NCBI GenBank assembly: GCA_048885525.1
Contig: JBHLLP010000007.1
Span: 50,956 to 114,955, forward strand
Direction of reading: 5' to 3'
DNA from: Candidatus Hermodarchaeota archaeon
GTDB lineage: Archaea > Asgardarchaeota > Lokiarchaeia > Sigyniarchaeales > SOKP01
Length of the DNA: 64,000 nt
In this document: positions 51,188 through 59,877 of the stretch, piece by piece
Layout of the letters: each line of letters starts with the position of its first letter
How positions within the stretch are numbered: position 1 is the first letter of the stretch
The notes under the pieces: model-generated
What the model was told of the DNA's origin: nothing
The model's input: only the letters and a program-made list of their open reading frames with translations
Databases searched by the model: none
Made by a program: the position numbers and the translations under genes

Positions 51188-52321
51188 TTAATCGTCTTTA
51201 CTTGGAATTTTTGGTAATTGTTGACGACTACTTGTTTTTTTTTCCTCGGATTTCTCTAAAATTTCTATTATATCAGCTTTTCTTGCATTAGTAGGTAGAT
51301 CTATTTTTTTTTCTTCAGCATAAGATTTTAAATCTTTCACAGTCATAGACTTAAAATCAACCTTTTCAGTGGATATTGGTGTTGCTGAGGATTTCATCAT
51401 TGATGCTGGTTTGGATGGCATTGGAGATAATCCAGAAGGAGATCTTGTTTTTGGAACACTCCTTAAGCTTGCTTCCTTTTCTAATACTTCAAGAGCCTCA
51501 ACAATTCCTTCTTTTTCGTCAAAATACACTCTTAAAACGTGATTATTTAATTCTATCATTTCTTTTGGAACTTTTTTAACTGGTTTCCACTCAGTTTCTT
51601 CAATCTCTTTTCCGAAAACATTAGCAATTTTCGATACTGCCGCATAGAGAGTATGACCTAAGATGAGATTAGATCTTTTATAATCTTTGGATAGCTCAGT
51701 TTTGAGAATTTTCTCTTTTATTTTTTGTTTTTGTTCCTCTGATAATCCTATTGCTTTCCTAACTGTAATTGGTTTAACCATTGCTGATTTTGGATATTCA
51801 GTCCTTGGTTTTGGGGTAGCAGTAGCAAAAGATGAAACCACAACTTCATTGCTTGTGTCTTGTAGTGCAGGTGAGTAGTATTCCTCTTCAGTTTGCATTT
51901 TAGTTGATTTTGGAGCAACATCTGTAATAGTTGCTTGCGCCATTCTTTCTCTTTCAATGTTTCGAACATATCTCATATCTGGCAATCGTTCAGTTACCTC
52001 CATCGATTCTAATCTGAATGCATTTAAGAATTCTGATGGTTCATCTCCAGCATCTACAGATATTATCTTACAGCGGTGATATCTAGAATCATTCATTAGC
52101 TCTTCTTGAAGATTTGAAGCTACTCTTGAACTAATAAATCTTTTTCGAACAGGAGATTTTGGTCCTTTCCAAATGAAGATCCTTCTTAAATCTTCTCTTA
52201 TTATCACTAAAACTTGTTCAGGATTTAAATTTTCCTGAAGCTCTTCTTCAGTGATGTTTAATTTTATTCTTTCTCCAGAATCATCTAATTCATATACCAT
52301 GAATGTCTCATACTCAGTCAT
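51188..52321 (-). CDS. Gelsolin-domain protein with C-terminal HeH (Rho-N/SAP/LEM-like) motif
   Basis: Gelsolin: VLVII..RIFIWKGPKSP..RF...SVDAGDEPSEFL. HeH: DFKSMTVKDLKSYAEEKKIDLPTNARKADIIEIL. Confidence 0.82.
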   Translation of the reverse strand: MTEYETFMVYELDDSGERIKLNITEEELQENLNPEQVLVIIREDLRRIFIWKGPKSPVRKRFISSRVASNLQEELMNDSRYHRCKIISVDAGDEPSEFLNAFRLESMEVTERLPDMRYVRNIERERMAQATITDVAPKSTKMQTEEEYYSPALQDTSNEVVVSSFATATPKPRTEYPKSAMVKPITVRKAIGLSEEQKQKIKEKILKTELSKDYKRSNLILGHTLYAAVSKIANVFGKEIEETEWKPVKKVPKEMIELNNHVLRVYFDEKEGIVEALEVLEKEASLRSVPKTRSPSGLSPMPSKPASMMKSSATPISTEKVDFKSMTVKDLKSYAEEKKIDLPTNARKADIIEILEKSEEKKTSSRQQLPKIPSKDD

Positions 52322-52535
52322 TTTCTTTCAGTGTAACAAATGATCCGTATTATTTTAATTTCTATTATGGTAATTAATACTTTTTAATTGAATATTTGAA
52401 ATTTCTATTCAAACTTATTTCTTTTAAAAAAAATATAAATTAAATTATTTTAAATCTTATTTTTTAAAAAACCAAGAGTATATTCTTTTCAGTTCGCTAT
52501 TTAATTAAAATTGGAAAAAAAAATAAAAGATTTCA

Positions 52536-53270
52536 TTAGTAGTCGTGAAGAACATTATCTATAGAAAGGACAAATCCAACTAAAATTCTACGATCAGTCT
52601 CATTATCTAGTATTCTCAAAGCGTATGTATCTTTAAAATCTAAAAGACCTCCAAGAAACACATCTCTCCATCGGTCTGCTTTTTCAATTTCTGCTACAAC
52701 ATTACCTGTTGTGACATCATATACCTTAAACGAAAAGCCCATAAACTTACCTTGGGCACGAAACCACTGATTTCCTTGAGGGTCTTCAAGATAGAATACA
52801 GGTCTAAAAAATGACAGAATTTTCTTCTTAATACGGGCTATTAAATTCCCTTGAGGATCTTTTAAATCTTGTGCTCCACGAGCAGATACGATTTTAGCAT
52901 GTATTGTAGCTGCGATTGAACCATCTACTTCTTGTAATTCAACCCTACGTCGAATGCTTAAAATTACTCTTTTCATTTTACCTATGATTTGATTATTCTC
53001 GTCTAATATATCACCAGAACCCCATTCGAGTTTAAATCCGAGGAGGATTTAAAAATCCCAGTATTTCTCTTTGAGAATATAATAGTTCCGGTTAATATCA
53101 AACAACCCACCGGGGCGACTAGATGGAGGGGCACTAGAAGGTGCAAGCCTTGTCGGTGTAGGGGTTGTTCCGACTTGTCTAACACTTTCTGGTATTGGCG
53201 AACCACATTTTTCACAGAAATTTTGAGTCAAGTCTTTTATTTCAGCTCCACAATCTTTGCAATATGGCAA
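52536..53270 (-). CDS. Zinc-ribbon + LURP-one/scramblase-like (Tubby C-terminal fold) protein interrupted by a 30-nt BHB intron; join complement(52536..53024,53055..53270), 234 aa
   Basis: TTG start with GGTGA SD; YCKDCG..FCEKCG; Pro-rich linker; spliced YILKEKYWD|WGSGDILDENNQIIGKMKR continues into ORF 52536..52976 (DTYAL...VLSID). Confidence 0.85.
53025..53054 (-). other. 30-nt archaeal BHB-type mRNA intron (contains in-frame UAA)
   Basis: Central helix UGGG(53060-57)/CUCG(53030-27); bulges AU^U (53056-54) and AA^U (53026-24); perfect 9-bp intron stem UUUAAAUCC/GGAUUUAAA with 5-nt loop. Confidence 0.85.
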
Positions 53271-53427
53271 TTTTATTCACCTTAACTTTTAAATTTGTAT
53301 TAATGTATGAATAATAAAATGTTCTAATAAAGTTTCGGGTATATGAGATATCCAAGATATCTTCATGAAAATGTTTTAATTAAATAAGCATTAATTATTA
53401 TTAGTGAAAAATAATTAGAGAAGTAAT

Positions 53428-54180
53428 ATGTCAAATAAAAGTATTCCAAAACTACTGAAATTAAAAGATTATATAACTCTGGTTGGAACAACTCTCGGAA
53501 TAATTTCATTAGTTTGCGCTTGTTTTGATCGCGTTGAAACTTTTTCTTTTGGATTCTTTTTGATATCTATCTCACTTGGTACTGATATGATAGATGGTTA
53601 TATAGCTCGAAAAACAATGACAGTAAACAAATTGGGGAAAGAATTAGATTCATTGAGTGATTCTCTCACTTTTGGAATTGCTCCTGCGGTTTTAACTTAC
53701 CAATCATTTAAAACAAATACTCTTTTTGATATCATTATTATAATTGGAGCAATATGTTTTGCTATTGGAGCAATGTTAAGATTAGCCCGTTTTAATATCT
53801 CAGAAGCTCCGGGGTATACGGGAGTACCTACACCTTTAAGTGCATTGTTATTAATTACCTTCTTTTATGCAAATTACTTTTATTATTTCGCTATAGGTAT
53901 TTTTTGGGGAATCTCCTCATATATAATACCGATAATTATGATTCTAACTGGCTGGTTTAATATAACAACTTACATTCATTATGGAGAGAAAGATAAGGCA
54001 ACCTATCTTCTTTTTATCGTAGTTGCTCCTTTATGCCCTATTTTTGGAATAATTGGTATTAGTTCACCTAATTTCCTGATTTCGATTATAGTATCAATAT
54101 TCTTTCTATGTTCTTTCGTCATTCTTATAATTTCATTTGTAAGAGGATTTATAATTTATTTTAGGAGGAGAATAGAATGA
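53428..54180 (+). CDS. pssA: CDP-alcohol phosphatidyltransferase (archaetidylserine/phosphatidylserine synthase-like)
   Basis: DMIDGYIAR...GKELDSLSDSLTFGIAP, LRLARFN, GVPTP. Confidence 0.82.
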   Translation: MSNKSIPKLLKLKDYITLVGTTLGIISLVCACFDRVETFSFGFFLISISLGTDMIDGYIARKTMTVNKLGKELDSLSDSLTFGIAPAVLTYQSFKTNTLFDIIIIIGAICFAIGAMLRLARFNISEAPGYTGVPTPLSALLLITFFYANYFYYFAIGIFWGISSYIIPIIMILTGWFNITTYIHYGEKDKATYLLFIVVAPLCPIFGIIGISSPNFLISIIVSIFFLCSFVILIISFVRGFIIYFRRRIE

Positions 54181-54235
54181 AGAAGCTTTATCTAAAAATC
54201 CATTTCATATTGAACAATAATAGAAGACTATTTGT

Positions 54236-56245
54236 TTAGAATAACTTCTTTTTCCAGCTCTCAATTTCTTCCATGATTTCCTTCTTGTCTTTTTCATCCA
54301 ACAAAGCTAATTTTTCTTTGTATTTTTCTATTGTGCTTCTTACCTTATGTAATGTTACTGAAAAACCTTTTTTTTCCAGTATTAAATCAGCAATATTTTG
54401 CAATTCCTTACCAAATTCATCTCCTTTAATATTACCAAGCTTATCAATTAAAATATTGAAAGCAGTGTTAATTTCTATTCCTACTTTATCACCTACCTGA
54501 GGTTGTGCTGCTGTTACAAAAGTTATTTTCTCTTGTAGTTTTCGCTTTAAATCTGTAATTCCCGGTGCAGTAGAAGATGGAACTGGAGTTGGGGTACTTG
54601 AGCTTATTGTATACCTTTTATCACTTTTTTCAATTTCTTGAATCTGGTCAGGCATTGTAATTGATGGTTTAATCTTTTTAGTTTCAATTTGGGAAGGTTT
54701 TTTAATTACATTTTGAGATTGAATTTTTCTAGGAATAATCGGTTTGATACTGGTAAGGGATTTTGTTGGTGTTGCCATACTAGCCTGTACTTTTGTTACT
54801 TGTGTAGCATGAAAAGAATCTGGATATGCTGTTTCCCAAATATTTTTTATAATAACATCTAACAATTTAATTAAAGGTTTAAACATGGTACTAAATCCAA
54901 TAAAATCATTCAAAGGGTCTTTCGAATCTTGGATTACACCCATGACGAAAAAATCATTATCGCCCTTTAACACAATCAATTCTTCATTTTGATATGTTCT
55001 ATATATAATTTTCTTAATATCTTTGAAACTTTTAACAATACTATTTGTATGAGCTTCTGAGGATGTGATTTTTATTTTCAAATTATCAGCAATTTTATCA
55101 AATTGCTCGAGAGCTAAATGGTTTTCAAGATGAGGAATTATAATGCTTAGATTTTCCTTAGAATTAACAATAAGATTCTGAATAATTTCATTAATCTTGG
55201 TTACACTGTTTATCATCCAAATCTTATCAAACATTTCTTGATCTATCGTTCTTATCTTTTGAAAGTAATTTTTCATCACATTTTCAATAGGTTTATTCAA
55301 ATTAGATACTTCATTGAGTGAATTTTGAATAATTGCACTTAAGTTTTCAGTGATCTTATTTTGAAGATTCTTCATAGCGGGTAAAAGATTTTCTTGATTC
55401 TCTTTAAGTACTTCATAAATTGCATTCATTTTTGATTCAAAATTAGTCAACATAGTCAGTAAAAGCATTTTAAAATCATTTCTGTATTGAAAGATTGAAT
55501 CTGAAGTTTTTTCTATTGGTTTGTAGATTTCATTAAACTCTTTTTCGATTAATTCGTGTAAGTTATTAGTAAAATCTCCAACCATATTATCAAATTTGTC
55601 CTTGAAATTTTGCTCTATAAGTAATAAAATTTCTTTCTTCTTAATGTTCTCAAGTAAATCTTTTTTAAGAGAATTTATAGTTTTAATAAGATCTGCAAAT
55701 TTCGTTTGAGTAATACTTTTAATATTTTTATGAAGATCAGAGACGATTTTATTAATTTTTTTTAATTCTTCCATACCCTCAACTATATCCTCTATTTCTT
55801 GCTTTTGGATAATAGAATCCTCATCAATATCTTTCTTAATTCCTTGAAATACATTTAAAATTGTATCTAACTCAATATCCTTATTTTCTTGAAAAGCATT
55901 AGATATTGATTTAGCTAGCAATTCATAAATCGAATTTTTGATATTGGGTAAATTAGTTTCAATATTATTATAATAATTTAAAATCGGAAGAATTGGTGCT
56001 AATGGTGTGTAATGTATTATATTTTCTTGATTCTTTGATTTATGTTGAACTAATAAACCAGAATCTAGAAGTTCGTTTAAACTGTTGTTAAATTCCTCTA
56101 GAGTTGCTTTAGGTACGATGCTATATAACTCATAAAACGAAAGAGGTAATTTTCCTAATGATTTGAGATAAATCTCTAAAGCATATTCAGAAAGTTGCAT
56201 TTTTCTTAAAAATTCATCCATTGATTCTTCACTTAAGTAATTCAT
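54236..56245 (-). CDS. TrmB-like HTH + coiled-coil + TrmB/PLD-like domain protein
   Basis: N-terminal LSEYALEIYL..LNELLDSGLL; long helical middle; SKENLSIIIP domain. Confidence 0.7.
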   Translation of the reverse strand: MNYLSEESMDEFLRKMQLSEYALEIYLKSLGKLPLSFYELYSIVPKATLEEFNNSLNELLDSGLLVQHKSKNQENIIHYTPLAPILPILNYYNNIETNLPNIKNSIYELLAKSISNAFQENKDIELDTILNVFQGIKKDIDEDSIIQKQEIEDIVEGMEELKKINKIVSDLHKNIKSITQTKFADLIKTINSLKKDLLENIKKKEILLLIEQNFKDKFDNMVGDFTNNLHELIEKEFNEIYKPIEKTSDSIFQYRNDFKMLLLTMLTNFESKMNAIYEVLKENQENLLPAMKNLQNKITENLSAIIQNSLNEVSNLNKPIENVMKNYFQKIRTIDQEMFDKIWMINSVTKINEIIQNLIVNSKENLSIIIPHLENHLALEQFDKIADNLKIKITSSEAHTNSIVKSFKDIKKIIYRTYQNEELIVLKGDNDFFVMGVIQDSKDPLNDFIGFSTMFKPLIKLLDVIIKNIWETAYPDSFHATQVTKVQASMATPTKSLTSIKPIIPRKIQSQNVIKKPSQIETKKIKPSITMPDQIQEIEKSDKRYTISSSTPTPVPSSTAPGITDLKRKLQEKITFVTAAQPQVGDKVGIEINTAFNILIDKLGNIKGDEFGKELQNIADLILEKKGFSVTLHKVRSTIEKYKEKLALLDEKDKKEIMEEIESWKKKLF

Positions 56246-56398
56246 ATGGTTCTTATTAATATTAGAAATACCAACCGAACTTATATAATCTTTTAGAATT
56301 AAAGAATCTTTTTTTTAAAAATTAAAATATTTAAGGAGGTTTCATCATTATGATTATTGATAAAATTTTAGATTCTCAACTAACTTGACAAAATAGAA

Positions 56399-57727
56399 GT
56401 GCTAGAAATGAGTGAGGATGTTTATTTTTATTTGGATCTAACTAAGGAATTATTAAAAAAAAAAGAGATTATAAAAACTATTAAATATTACATCGAGGAA
56501 AAAAATAAATCTAACCTAAAAGGGAATTATTCTCTTCTCATATTTCAACAAGAAGGAAACCCTATCTTTTTAACTGATAAAAAGGATTTCGAGATAATCG
56601 CTAACTCTATTGAAGAAAATTGGAATAATCGCCCAAAAGGACAAAGCTTTTTTGAAAATGGATTATTTTACATTTTTTCTTATATTGCTGAGACCGTCAG
56701 AAAAAAATCCAAATTTAACAGAATTATAGTTGTTACGGATACACCTTCTGACCTTTCTGCAGAATACCAAGAAGCATTATTTAATTTAGTATCAAAGATA
56801 AAAAATTTTCCAACTTTTATAGATATTATTAGAGTAACTAAGCAGGGAGAACGCTTTTTTAAAGATGATGTAAAATTGAATGTTTTAGCTAGTGATACAA
56901 AGGGAGGAATATTTTATATCCAAGATAGAAAAGGTTTCTTTGATGTGATTAAAAAGTTAGTAAAAACAAAGCAATTCGTGACTACTTTTACAGATAAATC
57001 CGAACTTGTTAGAATTAGTAAAGAAGATTATGCCTTTTTCAATAATTTAGCAAAATCAGTCGTAAAATCGAGTGAACTGAGTTTAGTTTGTCATTTTTGT
57101 AATGATGAAGTATGTCCTGTTTGCACCGATGTTCATGACGTTCCTAATATTTGTGAAGATTGTAATACAGCTTTCCATAATTGCTGCTTAACAAATTACA
57201 CAATAAATAACAATATTGGTATTCCTAATATTCTCAGATGCCCATCATGTGATGTACTCCTAAAAATCCCAGAAGATGAAATCATTGGACTATCTGAAGA
57301 AATTGAAGGAGAATCAGTAAAAGACTATATGGAAAAAGAATTTCTTCAAGATCTGGCAGAGGAAGTACCAGAAGGTCAAGAAGTTGTATTAGAGATACCC
57401 CCTGAACCAAAAGTTAAAGCTCCAAAGAAGGTTGCTAAAACTGTTTCCCCTGTAGAATCCACTAAAACAATCAGAATTGGGGGCTTTTTTGGGAAAGTCT
57501 TTACTGTAAAAAAGGTTGGAGATAAGATAGTTTATGAAAGAGCTACAAAATCTCCCATTAAACCAACCTCTGAGGCAAGAAAACGAGATGAAATCATACT
57601 CAAAGATGCGATACCACTCACAGATAAAAAATCAATTAAAAAGCCAAGTTTTATTATTTGTCCTCAATGTGGAACTCAAAATACTTCGCAACAAACCTCA
57701 TGTTCCAATTGTGGATATAAATTATAA
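56399..57727 (+). CDS. vWA-like domain + RING/PHD-like zinc finger + C-terminal zinc ribbon (paralog 1)
   Basis: FENGL, IIVVTD, LASDTKGGIFY; CHFC..CPVC..CEDCNTAFHNCC..RCPSC; CPQCG..CSNCG. Confidence 0.75.
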   Translation: MLEMSEDVYFYLDLTKELLKKKEIIKTIKYYIEEKNKSNLKGNYSLLIFQQEGNPIFLTDKKDFEIIANSIEENWNNRPKGQSFFENGLFYIFSYIAETVRKKSKFNRIIVVTDTPSDLSAEYQEALFNLVSKIKNFPTFIDIIRVTKQGERFFKDDVKLNVLASDTKGGIFYIQDRKGFFDVIKKLVKTKQFVTTFTDKSELVRISKEDYAFFNNLAKSVVKSSELSLVCHFCNDEVCPVCTDVHDVPNICEDCNTAFHNCCLTNYTINNNIGIPNILRCPSCDVLLKIPEDEIIGLSEEIEGESVKDYMEKEFLQDLAEEVPEGQEVVLEIPPEPKVKAPKKVAKTVSPVESTKTIRIGGFFGKVFTVKKVGDKIVYERATKSPIKPTSEARKRDEIILKDAIPLTDKKSIKKPSFIICPQCGTQNTSQQTSCSNCGYKL

Positions 57728-57875
57728 AATTCAGAAAGAATCTTAATTCTATAATATAATTATCTTATACTCTTTTATTAAAATCAATTAAATCACAATA
57801 TTGTTAAAAGAAAAATGACTGAATTTAGTATTATCAATAAAAATAAATAAAACTTCTGATATTATTTTTTTAAAG

Positions 57876-59213
57876 TTGTTCGATAATGAGAAAATGTTAA
57901 ATAAATTAGCAAGCGAGGAATTTATTTTTTACATCGATTTAATATCTGATTTCTTAAAGAAAAAATCTCTTATGAAAGCAATTAATGCTTTTATAAAAGA
58001 AAAAGATAAGTTTAATGCCTTGAGTTCTTACGGAGTAGTTTTATTTCAAAAAAATGAGAATCCAATTAACGTTTATGATTTAAAAGATGCAGAAACTGTT
58101 ATAAATACAATTGATAATGCTTGGGAAACAAGAGAAAATGAAAAAAGTTACTTAGAAAATGGTTTATATGAAATACTCGCATACATTTTTAGAAAAAGCC
58201 GTGAAACAAGAAAAAATTATCGTATAATAATAATTTCAGATACTCCTAGCAAGCTATCAGAGGATTATTACAATGCACTTTATGATTTATTGATTAAAGC
58301 AAAGAAATTTTCAGCTTTTATTGATATAATTCGAGTTGGAGAAGAGAAATTTTATGAAGATGACGTAAAACTTAAAGTTATTTCAAGTGAAACCCATGGA
58401 GGTACATTTTATTGTCCTAGTGAAAAACTTCTTCAAAATATACTGGGATCATTAACTCAAAATAAAAAAGAATTTAAAATTATTAAATCTGATGAACCTG
58501 AACAAATTTTAGAAGAAGATAAAGTTTTCTATGAACGACTGGCGGTAGATCTCATCAGTCTTTCTCCTGAAGATCAAGAAGTATGCGATATCTGCGAACA
58601 GGAACTATGTCCTATTTGTGAAGCCCATTCTGATGAGATACATAAGTGTTTTAATTGTGATGCTAGATTTCATAGTTGTTGTGCAGCAAAATATTCCCTT
58701 GCTAAAAATATCGGTTTTAAGCATGTATTTAGATGCCCTCAATGCGAAACTCTTTTGAAATTAGATGAAGAATTTGTAAATATGGTGTATCAAGAAGAAT
58801 TGGAAGAAGAACTACCTGATATTGATTTAAAAGAACCAGTTTCAGAAGAACCTATAATGCCTAAATATAAGGAAGAACCCATTTTAGAAGAACCTGAATT
58901 ACAAGACGATCTCGTTGAAGAAGTAGAAGTAGTAAGTGAACCAGAACCTTTATCCACATCAGATGTGGAAAAAAAAAAAGTAAAGCTAGGTGGATTTTTT
59001 GGTCAAGAAATCACAATTTCAAGAAAGTTATCGAAGGAGCAACCAATAAGAGATATTCCTGAAGTTATTAAACCAACAGAGAAACAAATTTCGATAACTA
59101 ATTTAACACCACCAAAAAGAAGGGCAACAGCATCAATAAAGCTTTGTAAAATTTGTGGAGCAACAATCCATAATACCCCAAATTGCCCAACATGCGGGGC
59201 TAAAAATGACTAA
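57876..59213 (+). CDS. vWA-like domain + RING/PHD-like zinc finger + C-terminal zinc ribbon (paralog 2)
   Basis: LENGL, IIIISD, SETHGGTFY; CDIC..CPIC..HKCFNCDARFHSCC..RCPQC; CKICG..CPTCG. Confidence 0.75.
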   Translation: MFDNEKMLNKLASEEFIFYIDLISDFLKKKSLMKAINAFIKEKDKFNALSSYGVVLFQKNENPINVYDLKDAETVINTIDNAWETRENEKSYLENGLYEILAYIFRKSRETRKNYRIIIISDTPSKLSEDYYNALYDLLIKAKKFSAFIDIIRVGEEKFYEDDVKLKVISSETHGGTFYCPSEKLLQNILGSLTQNKKEFKIIKSDEPEQILEEDKVFYERLAVDLISLSPEDQEVCDICEQELCPICEAHSDEIHKCFNCDARFHSCCAAKYSLAKNIGFKHVFRCPQCETLLKLDEEFVNMVYQEELEEELPDIDLKEPVSEEPIMPKYKEEPILEEPELQDDLVEEVEVVSEPEPLSTSDVEKKKVKLGGFFGQEITISRKLSKEQPIRDIPEVIKPTEKQISITNLTPPKRRATASIKLCKICGATIHNTPNCPTCGAKND

Positions 59214-59767
59214 TTAATATCAATTTTTAAATTTTCTACAAGAAGTACTCCTGAGACCCATGTTTCTTTTACAGCAATAAATTCTTTTCCCATTCTTTTA
59301 ACGTATATTTTTAATAATTTCAAGATTTGTTCAATTTTTTCTTTAGAGAATTCTGATAAGCTTATTTTAACGGTTCTTTCAGAATCTGAATTGATAAAGT
59401 GAAGTGTATATATAAGAAATGGTTTAATATCTAATTTTCTTAATCTTATTTCTAACTTTTTAAATTCTGACCGGGAAATTAAAAATGCTGGCATTTGAGG
59501 TATAATTATCTCAATTTCTTCAAGTGATATTGAAAATTTTCTAATTCCTGGATTTTTTGTCAAGGTGTATGAATAATAGATACAATATATGCATAAAATT
59601 ATCAAACTCAAAAATATACTAATCAAACTTCCCGGAAATAAAAATGGCAAAAAAATATTTAATGTTACAAAAATTAGTATTAAAACCAAATTAGCAGAGC
59701 ATGGAATTGAAATTTTAGTGAACTTTTCACCGGAAAAATCAATAATCTCAACTTTATCTGACTCCAT
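59210..59767 (-). CDS. Hypothetical membrane protein (2 TM + soluble domain)
   Basis: 185-aa ORF with two hydrophobic segments. Confidence 0.65.
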   Translation of the reverse strand: MESDKVEIIDFSGEKFTKISIPCSANLVLILIFVTLNIFLPFLFPGSLISIFLSLIILCIYCIYYSYTLTKNPGIRKFSISLEEIEIIIPQMPAFLISRSEFKKLEIRLRKLDIKPFLIYTLHFINSDSERTVKISLSEFSKEKIEQILKLLKIYVKRMGKEFIAVKETWVSGVLLVENLKIDIN

Positions 59768-59877
59768 TCCCTTGAATTTAGATTAATCTATATCATATAT
59801 ATAAACTTTTATAAAAATTTTTACAAGATCATTAATATTGAAGACTAAGTATATTTATTAAAAATAAGAGATGTATT

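Noticed and set aside
53049-53051. Simple nonsense mutation or stop readthrough in the scramblase-like gene
   Set aside because: The UAA lies in a perfect 9-bp hairpin bounded by a BHB whose cut sites fall on codon boundaries, so an intron is more parsimonious. Ortholog alignment is still needed.
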